A stretch of 64,000 bases of DNA from Limisphaerales bacterium (GTDB taxonomy: Bacteria; Verrucomicrobiota; Verrucomicrobiia; Limisphaerales; UBA11358), in the NCBI GenBank assembly GCA_003134375.1, contig PLAY01000176.1, positions 48,254 to 112,253 on the forward strand, written 5' to 3'. Shown one piece after another: positions 1 through 8,315 of this stretch. Within the stretch, counting starts at the first letter, position 1. Each line of letters opens with the position of its first letter. The notes under the pieces are model-generated. The model saw only the letters and a list, made by a program, of their open reading frames with translations. It was not told the origin of the DNA and ran no database searches. The translations under genes were made by a program, and so were the position numbers.

Positions 1-195
1 CCTTAGCACAGCTTGAGGCCACGACCGCAACCGCAAATGTTGCGCTAAATTTGCGCAACTGTTGCGTAAAAAGTTCAACGCAATTAAACACCATTCAACA
101 CGGTTCAACATCAGCCGTTCATGCCGCTGAAATCGTCCAGCCAAGTCACACCCAGGACATACGCAAGGGAGCGGCGAAAAATGGAAATTAGTCAA

Positions 196-252
196 GGCAC
201 GCGTTACCCCTTATTTTAACAAGGTTTTTGCGGCTCGCCAAAATCTCGCCGA
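196..252 (+). repeat. Conserved hairpin element, copy A (GGCACGCGTTACCCCTT-N8-AAGGTTTTTGCGGCTCGCC...), oriT- or operator-like
   Basis: First 17 nt are identical to 13621-13637. About 49 nt are homologous in inverted orientation to 1434-1483. Contains a CCTT...AAGG stem. Confidence 0.6.
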
Positions 253-299
253 GTGCTGCGCGAAATGCTTCGCCTGATGCTAACCGTCCGTTGACACCC

Positions 300-430
300 T
301 GTTGCCAACCGTGTTGCTTCGGATGGTGCCTCGCGTGATTACCACCCTGTTGCTAACCGCGTTGCCTCGCCGTTGCCAACCCTATTGCGAAGCCGGTGCA
401 ACCGTGCTGCTAACCGTGCTGCTAACCCAA
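300..430 (+). repeat. Array of short GTTGC(C/T)AACC / TGCTGCTAACC motifs (iteron or centromere-like)
   Basis: Read directly: gttgccaacc, ctgttgctaaccgc, gttgcctcgcc, gttgccaaccc, and tgctgctaacc twice. Spacing is irregular, with no CRISPR-like spacers. Confidence 0.5.
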
Positions 431-597
431 AAAAACTTGCTTCTAGGGTGGCGTTACTGGCTTGTCGGGGCGGCGTCCGAACCTTTGCGACTGCGTGTGG
501 CTGGCGGTCGTCGCTGGCCTGCTTATTAGGCGCTCTGGCTGCCGCGCCGGGCAGCGTGGCGATGCTGGCACATCGCCGGATGTCTTTCCGTGCTGTG

Positions 598-1110
598 TTA
601 GCTCGCTGGCGGTTTCGATTTCAGGCTGGCCTCGAATTCTTCCCGTTCGCTTGGAGTCATCATTTTCACGTTGGCGATGTGCGGTCCGCGTGAACGGTAT
701 GGAGAATCTTCTTTTGGCAGCGGCGGGACATTGCCCGCCGAAGCCGTGGTCGGCGCTGGCGTGGCCGGCGTGGGTTTTGCGGCCACGACTGGCACACTTT
801 GAGGCGTGGCCGGGATAGTTGCGGCTGGCGTGGTTCTCGTCCGTTTGCGCCGCTTGCGTTTTTTGCCGCCTTCCAGGACGATGCGTCCGTATTCGGCCAC
901 ACGCGCCCGGCTGGTCTTTACTCCATTTTGTATCAGCAAATCAGCAATGGCAGCGTAGGACGCATTTTTGCCGCGCAATTCTACGATTGAATCATGGAAC
1001 GGCTTCAAATTGTTGAATGGAATGCGACTTGGATCGGGTTGATATTCCCGAATTGCTTTGCGCAGCAATTCCAGATTGGGCGTTGTCGGTGATGTGGGTG
1101 AGGTGTTCAT
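598..1110 (-). CDS. HTH-containing protein with Pro/Ala-rich linker and C-terminal SRGPHIA motif; paralogue of 13830-14285
   Basis: 170-aa ORF. It shares IVELRGKNASYAAIADLLIQNGV (vs IAALRKRGVSYRAISELLTQSGI) and SPYRSRGPHIANV (vs NPFRSRGPHIAKV) with the ICE gene upstream of parA. Confidence 0.7.
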   Translation of the reverse strand: MNTSPTSPTTPNLELLRKAIREYQPDPSRIPFNNLKPFHDSIVELRGKNASYAAIADLLIQNGVKTSRARVAEYGRIVLEGGKKRKRRKRTRTTPAATIPATPQSVPVVAAKPTPATPAPTTASAGNVPPLPKEDSPYRSRGPHIANVKMMTPSEREEFEASLKSKPPAS

Positions 1111-1159
1111 AATTTTAGAACGGGATGGTTGAAAACATGACGGCGGGATTCTGACGAGT

Positions 1160-1390
1160 CATCTTGCGAGATGTTTCGCGGCTGTTGCGCGGCCAAGTTG
1201 CGAGTTGTCTCGCAAGCTTCAGGCGCGAACATTGCGCGGCCAAGTCCGGCGCAAGGCGAGCCGTCTTGCGAGTTGTCTTGACAGACGTTCGGCGGCATTG
1301 CTGCCGCCACTGTCCGGCCATTGCCGGGAAGTTGCGCGGACATGACGCGAGATATTTCGCCGGATTTCTTGCCGGATGTTTCGCGCCCAT
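1160..1390. repeat. Iteron-rich non-coding region (TTGCGAG-TGT-T x3, TTGCGCGGCCAAGT x2)
   Basis: TTGCGAG at 1164, 1198 and 1266, each followed by (A/T)TGT(T/C)T. An exact 14-mer TTGCGCGGCCAAGT occurs at 1185-1198 and 1232-1245. The region lies upstream of the 598-1110 gene. Confidence 0.55.
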
Positions 1391-1433
1391 CGCGCGACCG
1401 TCTCGCGGGACTCCGCGCAATTTTCGGCGAGCT

Positions 1434-1483
1434 ATTGGCGAGCCGTAAAATCCTTGTCGAGACAAGGGGTAAGGCTTCCACCC
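1434..1483 (-). repeat. Conserved hairpin element, copy C (minus strand: TTACCCCTTGTCTCGACAAGGATTTTACGGCTCGCCAATAGCTCGCCGA)
   Basis: The reverse complement aligns with copy A (196-252) over about 49 nt. The stem CCTTGTC/GACAAGG replaces the stems seen in copies A and B. Confidence 0.6.
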
Positions 1484-1672
1484 TATCAAAGCGGTAGCAC
1501 AAAACCGTGCGACTGCACCGTGACTTGAAAATTGCTGCATCACGTTTGACACGCTTCGTGCGTATGACTATGCAAATTGATGGTGCAATTTGTGACGTGA
1601 AATTTAACGTGCAGGTGTTCTCATTTTTGCGAGCGTGTCGGTCATGGTCTGTTTGCCGGGAATGAAATGTGT

Positions 1673-1960
1673 TCATGGTTCGTCCATTGTTTCGTCGTCA
1701 CCGTTCCACGTCTGGTCAACCTCGATGCCGATGATTGGCGGCGGGGATTGCATCGGCGGTTGCATCGTGAAAATGATTGCGGGAACGACCGTGACGGAGT
1801 TTCCTTTCATCCGTTTCCGCAAGCCGCCGCTGAATATCCAGCCGATGGCCAGCAGTGCCAGCCAGACAAACACCAGGTAGAGATAAACGCCGTCGTTTTC
1901 AATCAGGCTGTCCAGCATGTTGAAAATGGGATTGAGCAATTCAGCGGGATTTAAGTTCAT
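1673..1960 (-). CDS. Small membrane protein (hypothetical)
   Basis: 95-aa ORF with one strong hydrophobic helix (VYLYLVFVWLALLAIGWIF). GGAGA lies about 8 nt upstream of the ATG. A possible upstream partner ORF at 1957-2145 overlaps by ATGA. Confidence 0.4.
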   Translation of the reverse strand: MNLNPAELLNPIFNMLDSLIENDGVYLYLVFVWLALLAIGWIFSGGLRKRMKGNSVTVVPAIIFTMQPPMQSPPPIIGIEVDQTWNGDDETMDEP

Positions 1961-2321
1961 GGTTGGTTCTCCGTTTTAAGTTTGTCAGTCTCACGCCCAA
2001 ATCGCAGCCGTGCCGGTTGCCAGCGTTGCCAGCACGTTTTTCCAAAGCGGCAATCTTCCGAATGCCGTCCGCCCAAATCCCCGGCCTGCAAGCGCGTTAA
2101 ATTCGATTTCGCCGCGCTGATGTGCCATGTAAGGTTGAAATTCATGGTGGGAAGCTCGTTGAAAAAATCACTCCGCCGTCTTGATGATGGCGAGGATTGC
2201 GGCCTTGAGTGGGGCCGGAAGTTTTTCCCAAGCGGTGACTACTTGTGCCAGTTCGGGGCTTAACGGGACTGAAGTTTGTGAGTCCCTTTGTGAGTCACCG
2301 TCAGAATTCCCCTGTAAAATA

Positions 2322-2355
2322 TGGCGGAGAGAGGGGGATTCGAACCCCCGATACG
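2322..2355 (-). repeat. attR-type partial copy of the tRNA-Ser 3' end (34-bp direct repeat)
   Basis: TGGCGGAGAGAGGGGGATTCGAACCCCCGATACG is identical to 57643-57676. Flanking sequence diverges immediately on both sides. Confidence 0.9.
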
Positions 2356-2423
2356 ACTCCGCACTGCATATTTAACTATTTCCAAGCAATTCGGCACACA
2401 AAGACACTCTTGACACAGGCGAA

Positions 2424-2448
2424 TGTTGCCACTATTGTTGCCACTAGA
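2424..2448 (+). promoter_or_regulatory. Putative integrase arm-type sites (GTTGCCACT x2), left end
   Basis: TGTTGCCACTATTGTTGCCACTAGA lies about 70 nt inside the left repeat and 20 nt upstream of the int ATG. The same dimer occurs at 57584-57608 inside the right end. Confidence 0.55.
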
Positions 2449-2467
2449 ATTATACGAAAGGCACAAT

Positions 2468-3622
2468 ATGGCATCACTCCGCAAAAAAGACCGCTCACCG
2501 TTCTGGTTCGCCTGCTACACCCTGCCCGATGGCCGTCGCACGCAACGCTCCACCGGCACACCCGACAAGCGCAAGGCTTTGTGCCTCGCCCTCAAATACG
2601 AGGATGCCGCCCGCGAAGCTGTTTCTGGCCGCTTCATCGAATCGCGGGCGCGGAGAGTTATCGCAGACATTTACGCGCTTGCCAACACCGAAGTGCTTCC
2701 CAATTCGTCCACCGACGCATTTTTGAAAACATGGCTTAACCGCAAATCGCTGGAGGCCGATGACGCCACCCACCAACGCTACACCGGCGTCATAACCCAA
2801 TTCCTCGAACACATCGGGCACAAGGCCAACGCCGACATCAAGAAAATCACGCCGACGGATGTTGCCGGTTTCCGCGACGCCGCTGCGCAGCGTCTTGCCG
2901 TCAGTTCGGCCAATTTGATGCTGAAAATTCTCCGCTCTGCTTTTGCCGCCGCCCGCCGCGAAGGATTGATGGACGACAACCCCGCCGAGCGCGTAACCAT
3001 CCTGAAGCAACGGAAAAACTTTGAACGCCGCCCGTTCACGCTGCCCGAATTGAAACAACTCATGGAACTGGCGGATAAAGAATGGCGCGGAATGATTCTT
3101 TTTGGCCTTTACACCGGCCAGCGGCTGGGCGACATCGCCACGCTCACACGGACGAACCTTGATCTCACCAAGAAAGAAATCCGCCTGACCACCGGCAAGA
3201 CCGGCAGACGGCAGCTTCTGCCGCTCTCCGCGCCGTTGCTTGACTACGTTAAAAAATTGCCCGCCAATGATGCGCCCGACGCACCGCTTTTTCCAAACGC
3301 GCACGCCACAGTGCAACGGCAAGGCCGCGCGGGAAACTTGAGCAACCAGTTTCATAAACTGCTTGTCACCGCCGGGCTTGCCGAGAAGCGCAGTCACCAT
3401 AGCACCGGCAAAGGCCGCGACGCTTCGCGAGAACAAAATGAAATCAGCTTTCACTCATTGCGGCACACGGCCACCACCCTGCTCAAGGCTGCCGGGGTAT
3501 CGGACGCCATAACGCGGGAGTTCATCGGCCACGACTCGCCCACTGTGTCCAAACAATACACGCATATTCCCACCGACACCTTGCGGCAGGCCGCGAACAA
3601 GTTGCCAAACATTCTCAAATGA
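2468..3622 (+). CDS. int: Tyrosine recombinase / phage-type integrase (ICE integrase)
   Basis: Motifs TGQRLGDIATL, HSLRHTATTLL and GHDSPTVSKQYTH (R..HxxR..Y). The start is placed at the ATG (MASLRKKDR...) rather than the longest ORF start at 2423. Confidence 0.9.
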   Translation: MASLRKKDRSPFWFACYTLPDGRRTQRSTGTPDKRKALCLALKYEDAAREAVSGRFIESRARRVIADIYALANTEVLPNSSTDAFLKTWLNRKSLEADDATHQRYTGVITQFLEHIGHKANADIKKITPTDVAGFRDAAAQRLAVSSANLMLKILRSAFAAARREGLMDDNPAERVTILKQRKNFERRPFTLPELKQLMELADKEWRGMILFGLYTGQRLGDIATLTRTNLDLTKKEIRLTTGKTGRRQLLPLSAPLLDYVKKLPANDAPDAPLFPNAHATVQRQGRAGNLSNQFHKLLVTAGLAEKRSHHSTGKGRDASREQNEISFHSLRHTATTLLKAAGVSDAITREFIGHDSPTVSKQYTHIPTDTLRQAANKLPNILK

Positions 3623-3964
3623 ATGGCAAGGGCAGTTTCCGCCGTGACCAACGCGCTTTCATGCTACACATCACCGGCTGATGGTCGGCCCTGTTTCCCT
3701 CACGACCACGCCGGTTCTGTTCCGCAGAAAGCGCGCTCGTCACGAGCGGCATCCGTTTCAGCCGAATTATCGGCGTGCTTCCGCCTGTGGATCGGCGACG
3801 GTCGTTGCGCTCCGGCTCCGTTCCTGCGTCTCTGCGCCTGCGCTCCACTTTCCCGTTCGCCGAACCGCAGGCCGAAGCAAAATTGAAGCATTGTCACCAG
3901 TAAATCCATGCAATCACTTTGTTGACTTTTCATTTGGCGGCGCAATGGGTATTCATGTCGGGCT

Positions 3965-4480
3965 ATGGCGTTAATCCAATGCCGGGAATGTGGACAATCC
4001 GTCAGCACCGAAGCCGTGGCCTGCCCTCATTGTGGCGCGCCACAGCAACGTCCCGTGCCGCCGTTGTTGCCTGTTCAGCCACAGGAACAGAAAATTTATT
4101 CCGACAATGTTGTGGCAGTCACCACAACACGGGTAATCATTGGAGGGGCAACCTATGCGCTGCGGAACATTACATCTGTCAAAATGACATACACGCCGCC
4201 GCAACTTGGCTGCGCGATGCTCGTTCTCCTCGGTGGCCTTTTCCTTCTGCTGCTCATCATAATTCCTTTCAACGAAAATAATTACCACCCGATTGTTGGC
4301 TGCATCTTGGGTGGAAGCATCATGCTCGGCAGCATTGTCTGGATGAGTCGTATCAAAACTCAATACCATGTTAATCTGTCGAGCGCGGCTGGCGAAGTCC
4401 ATGCGCTCACTTCCAAAAACAAGGCTTACATTGAAAAGATTGTGGTGAGCATCAATGACGCCATTGTAAAATATAAATAG
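3965..4480 (+). CDS. Zinc-ribbon membrane protein (hypothetical)
   Basis: N-terminal CxxC...CPHC (IQCRECGQSVSTEAVACPHCG) followed by two hydrophobic helices. Confidence 0.7.
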   Translation: MALIQCRECGQSVSTEAVACPHCGAPQQRPVPPLLPVQPQEQKIYSDNVVAVTTTRVIIGGATYALRNITSVKMTYTPPQLGCAMLVLLGGLFLLLLIIIPFNENNYHPIVGCILGGSIMLGSIVWMSRIKTQYHVNLSSAAGEVHALTSKNKAYIEKIVVSINDAIVKYK

Positions 4481-4541
4481 AGTTGAAGGCAGAGGTGAAG
4501 TTTGTCATGCTGGCGCGCGTCAGAAGCAACGTGGGAATTTT

Positions 4542-4886
4542 ATGATTTCAAACGAACGCCCCTCGCCTTTCCACCGGCAACCGTATCATCAGCACTATGC
4601 ACCGCAGCCACCGCGTCCATTCGTTCAGGAAGACGCCCTGAAAGTTGCCGAGGTGCAAATTGAGCGCAAGTGGTTTGTCCTGGCACTGAAAGAAAATCCA
4701 CGCGGAAGATTTCTGCGCATCACCGAAGAAGTTGGTGTCAAACGTAACGCCATCATTATTCCCTCGACCGGTCTTGTCGAATTCAAGCAAATGCTGGATA
4801 AGATGGAGGAGGCAGCCAATGAAATACCGGTGAAACGCGATTTGCCGTCGCAAGACAAAGGCAAATCACACTTGGATACCGTATAG
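4542..4886 (+). CDS. PUR-alpha-like (DUF3276-type) ssDNA/RNA-binding protein
   Basis: IERKWFVLALKENPRGRFLRITEE matches the PUR repeat signature as I remember it from bacterial Pur-alpha homologues. Confidence 0.6.
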   Translation: MISNERPSPFHRQPYHQHYAPQPPRPFVQEDALKVAEVQIERKWFVLALKENPRGRFLRITEEVGVKRNAIIIPSTGLVEFKQMLDKMEEAANEIPVKRDLPSQDKGKSHLDTV

Positions 4887-4898
4887 AACTGGCACACT

Positions 4899-5111
4899 TC
4901 ATTTAACAGGTTCGGGAGCGACTGACGGACATAGCCGCAGGAAGACCTGCTTACCACATTGCCCACTGCTCAAATCGTCGCGCCAGAAAACCCTGTCACC
5001 CTCAATAGCTTCAATCTCACGGATGAACAAGCCATTGCGATGCAAATAACGCTCCCCCACTTTAAGGTTGCTTCCTTTAAGGTGCGAAGGCACTGGCTCG
5101 GCTGAATTCAT
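4899..5111 (-). CDS. Small hypothetical protein
   Basis: 70-aa ORF at the end of the minus-strand cargo operon. No recognisable motif. Confidence 0.35.
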   Translation of the reverse strand: MNSAEPVPSHLKGSNLKVGERYLHRNGLFIREIEAIEGDRVFWRDDLSSGQCGKQVFLRLCPSVAPEPVK

Positions 5112-5167
5112 GCACCGTCAATTAGGGGGTTAAGCCTCATAATGTCAACCATCTGTTGTTCACCATT

Positions 5168-6178
5168 TCAAATTACGAGACAACCTTTTTTCTCTGCTAC
5201 ACCAATAACCGCGCGTGTGCCGGAATTAAATTCCAAAAAATCTTTCTCGATACCGTCGCTAAAAATGACTCCGTGTTCGGCCATTTGGGAAACCAGCACT
5301 AAAGATTGGCCGGATGTCACGCGGCCAAAAACAAGGTTGGCGGCGGTCGTGCGTGTCGGAAAAGGTTCTCGAACCGTGAAACGCAAAAAATCTGCATCCC
5401 AATCAAATTCACTATGAACCGTCAGGCGCATTTTTGGCGGTGTCGAAGTCTTCGATTGTTTTGCCCGGTCTCTGATGTTCAGTTCGTCCTGCATCTCACG
5501 AGCGCGTTTAGTGCCGGCAGCCTGCATGATTCCTGCCGCACCCGTAAGCAAACTTTTGAGCCAGCCCGTTGAACCTAGGCCGGTTGAAACAATGACGCCG
5601 CTGGAAGATTGAGCTTCGGTTTGCTTATCGAGGGTGATGGTGTAGCGCGCGGAAATGTGTGAACGAGGCCCGACGAACAAATCGTTCACGGCATAAAGAA
5701 TCTGGCCGTTATTTAATTCGGCCTTGGCCATTGTGACGAATTTAATCGGACGAGCATGACGGAACACTTCAGGAATAATCTTTTCAAGATCGTTCGTCTT
5801 GAACGGAAGCAGTTGTCCGTCCCACCGCGCGGGGTCGGGATTCACACCCAAGACCGGTTGGCCGTTGAGGTATTTCAAGGTGTTGGCGACCAGTCCGTCC
5901 TGGCCCAACACAACAACGGTATCATCCGGTGCGAACAAAAAATTTGGCAGAAGCGCGCGGTCCAGCTTTTGCACGCGCCCAAAAGTTTCCAGTGTCGCGC
6001 TGACACTGGCTATCGCCGCCTGATAATTTTCATCTTCCCGCTGGTAGTCGGAAAAATCCGCGCCAAGATGTTCGACGTAGAAACGCGCTTGGCTGGCGGT
6101 GTTGAAACGCGCAATCAGTTCGGCAAGTCGTGTCGGTCGCGTAACAAGGACGATCTTGTTTTCGGTGAGCCGCGTCAT
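5168..6178 (-). CDS. NAD-kinase-fold (ATP-NAD kinase family-like) protein
   Basis: GQDGLVAN (cf. GGDG), NDLFVG (cf. NE) and IVSTGLGSTGW (cf. STPTGSTAY). Its start overlaps the stop of the SPFH gene (6175-6178). Confidence 0.65.
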   Translation of the reverse strand: MTRLTENKIVLVTRPTRLAELIARFNTASQARFYVEHLGADFSDYQREDENYQAAIASVSATLETFGRVQKLDRALLPNFLFAPDDTVVVLGQDGLVANTLKYLNGQPVLGVNPDPARWDGQLLPFKTNDLEKIIPEVFRHARPIKFVTMAKAELNNGQILYAVNDLFVGPRSHISARYTITLDKQTEAQSSSGVIVSTGLGSTGWLKSLLTGAAGIMQAAGTKRAREMQDELNIRDRAKQSKTSTPPKMRLTVHSEFDWDADFLRFTVREPFPTRTTAANLVFGRVTSGQSLVLVSQMAEHGVIFSDGIEKDFLEFNSGTRAVIGVAEKKGCLVI

Positions 6179-7191
6179 TGCTTTTTCTGCATCAGTTCCC
6201 GCAATAAATCTGGCGAAATGTTCAACTGGCCGATTTTATCCGCTCTACCGGCCAATTCCTGAAATGCCACGGCAATGAGTTGTTCGGGCTTCATGCCCAC
6301 GCTGGCCAATGCCTGCAAGGTGCGGGAGTCCACTTTGGCCAATGCCTCCATTGCTGTTTGGATGCCGTAAGCGCGGGCATCGGCTTCAGCTTTGGAGTTT
6401 TGCGTGGCAAGCGCCACAAGCTCTTTGCGTTTGTCTTCCAAAACAACCTTCGCCGCCATGCCAGCTTGTTCAAGTTGATGTTGCTTTTCCTGCACGGCAC
6501 GCTCGGCATCCATCTGTGTTTCGCGAATTTGCCGCTTTTTATTTTCCACGGCAATTTCCGTGTTCAATTCATTTTCCTTGATTGCCCGTTCCTGTTCCAC
6601 CGCCGAATTGCGGCGAGCATAAATTGCTCCGTCAGCTTCTTTAAGCAACTGCTCACGCGCCGCCGCTTCCAACGCGCGGGCGGTTTCGGGTGTTGGTTTA
6701 ATAGCCAGAATGTTCAGGCCGAGGATTTCCAGTCCGAGTTGTGAAATCTCTGCCGATGCAACGAGGTTCTTATGCACCGTTTGCACCAATGAGTCTGAAG
6801 CACGGACGGCTTCCTTGAGGGGAAGTTTTTGCAGTTCGGCCCGCGCCAGCACGTTGACGACGTTGATTACCCGTTGCGGCAGTTTCTGCGGATCATCTGA
6901 AACGTGCTTCTGGCCACGCGCATCAAGCGTGAAGTTCATGAGGGCTGCCAATTTCTTGGCATCCGCCACCCGATAAGTCACCTGGCCTTGAATCGAGACG
7001 GTTTGAAAATCAGACGTAACCTCTTGGAAAATAAACGGAGCCTCGGCGCTCGCCACCGGCACGGCGACCAGCGACGTGGTGGGGGCATAATAGAAAAAGG
7101 CCAGCCCCACACCTTCGCGGATAACCCGCCCCTTGGAGTATTGCAGCAGGTAGATGTTGGGTTGAGCCTTGATGAATTTGATGCCGATCAT
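6175..7191 (-). CDS. SPFH/band-7 domain protein with long coiled-coil tail
   Basis: The N-terminal beta-rich SPFH-like region is followed by an A/E/K/Q-rich heptad region (ARALEAAAREQLLKEADGAIYARR...). Confidence 0.65.
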   Translation of the reverse strand: MIGIKFIKAQPNIYLLQYSKGRVIREGVGLAFFYYAPTTSLVAVPVASAEAPFIFQEVTSDFQTVSIQGQVTYRVADAKKLAALMNFTLDARGQKHVSDDPQKLPQRVINVVNVLARAELQKLPLKEAVRASDSLVQTVHKNLVASAEISQLGLEILGLNILAIKPTPETARALEAAAREQLLKEADGAIYARRNSAVEQERAIKENELNTEIAVENKKRQIRETQMDAERAVQEKQHQLEQAGMAAKVVLEDKRKELVALATQNSKAEADARAYGIQTAMEALAKVDSRTLQALASVGMKPEQLIAVAFQELAGRADKIGQLNISPDLLRELMQKKQ

Positions 7192-7216
7192 GGTAGTTCC
7201 TTTTTAGTTTGAATTT

Positions 7217-8278
7217 TTAATATGGGGGAAGCAATCGCCGAAAGCCGTGTAGCAGCACCACGGCCAGAAATACGAGGTTCCGAAAAACGAGTCCGGGCCA
7301 AAAATAATGAATTGAGCCAACGGGATTTTGTTGTGAGGTTTGCCGTTCAAGCCGCGCGGCCAAATCGCGCATTAAAGATATTGAGCGCGGCCATTCCAAA
7401 ATACCATTCCGCCATTCATTCGGAATGCCGTCTTCTCCAGTGCTGGCACCGGCCAATGCGCCGACAATGGCGCCCACGGTGTCCGTGTCTCCGCCGCAAT
7501 CCAGTGTTTGCGTGAGTGCCATTTTGAAGTCACCAGAATGCCGTAACCAGCCGTAGAGCGCAACTGGAACAGTGTGAAAGGCGTAGCCGCTCACACCACG
7601 TTCGAGTCCCAATGAACGACAAAAATCAGGAAGGCTCTCGTTTGCTGCATAAGCGTCTGACAGACGGCGGCACAGGTTTAACCATTCTTGATTTTGTCTG
7701 CAATCAGGCAGGCGTAGGAGAAATTCTTCCACCTTGCTGCCGCCATTAACCGCCCAAGCCGACGCTTCAGCAACTGCCAACGCCGCAATCTCCGCTCTTG
7801 GGTCGGTATGTGTGATGCGTGTGGCTGCGACGACAAATTCGCGTCTTTGCTTTGAGTCATTCGCAAAAAATGCTCCGATGATTGCGCTACGCATTGCCGG
7901 GCCATTGCCCGCCGAATAAATTCCGCTTCGACTTGGAGGAAACCCCATCCAGAGTTTCAGTATTGCCCGCGCAGTTGCGAGGCCAACGCCAGCCGGCAAT
8001 CCCACCAACCAGCATTTTAATTTCCATGCAAGGCATCGCTGAAAACGGTCTGCGTCGAATGGTTCCGTCAGCAATGCTTGTGCGACCATGAAAGTATGTT
8101 CGGTATCATCGCTGCACATTCCACGACCAAAAATAAATCGCTGCTTCCATTCCCCATGCCAACGGCGGCGAATTCGATCCGGGCGCAACCCTTCGGAGGG
8201 TAGCCCCAATGAGTCCCCCACCGCACTTCCGATAAGGACGCCAGCCAAGCGCGTGTGATAATTAACATTCGCGGTCAT
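7217..8278 (-). CDS. ADP-ribosylglycohydrolase (ARH/DraG family) with hydrophobic C-terminal tail
   Basis: GSAVGDSLGLPSEG and CGGDTDTVGAIVGALAGA motifs. The start is moved to the ATG at 8278 (MTANVNYHTRLAG) to avoid a 155-nt overlap with the upstream gene. The C-terminus is FWPGLVFRNLVFLAVVLL. Confidence 0.75.
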   Translation of the reverse strand: MTANVNYHTRLAGVLIGSAVGDSLGLPSEGLRPDRIRRRWHGEWKQRFIFGRGMCSDDTEHTFMVAQALLTEPFDADRFQRCLAWKLKCWLVGLPAGVGLATARAILKLWMGFPPSRSGIYSAGNGPAMRSAIIGAFFANDSKQRREFVVAATRITHTDPRAEIAALAVAEASAWAVNGGSKVEEFLLRLPDCRQNQEWLNLCRRLSDAYAANESLPDFCRSLGLERGVSGYAFHTVPVALYGWLRHSGDFKMALTQTLDCGGDTDTVGAIVGALAGASTGEDGIPNEWRNGILEWPRSISLMRDLAARLERQTSQQNPVGSIHYFWPGLVFRNLVFLAVVLLHGFRRLLPPY

Positions 8279-8315
8279 TTTTTGACGCTGTGAGGTAAAT
8301 TGGGAACGGTAGGCT

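Noticed and set aside
300-430. Possible CRISPR array suggested by the dense short repeats
   Set aside because: The repeats are only about 9-11 nt, irregularly spaced and degenerate. There are no uniform spacers or cas genes. They are better explained as protein-binding iterons.
1107-1676. 189-aa minus-strand ORF, with overlapping ORFs at 1115-1552 (-) and 1164-1448 (+)
   Set aside because: It lies entirely over the iteron and hairpin region. The composition is Arg/Ser/Cys-rich with no motif, and three mutually overlapping frames are open. The region is more likely non-coding and regulatory.
2495-3454. 319-aa ORF antisense to the integrase gene
   Set aside because: This is a shadow ORF opposite a gene with clear tyrosine-recombinase motifs. 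Its Gly/Arg/Ala-rich composition is typical of antisense frames in GC-rich DNA.
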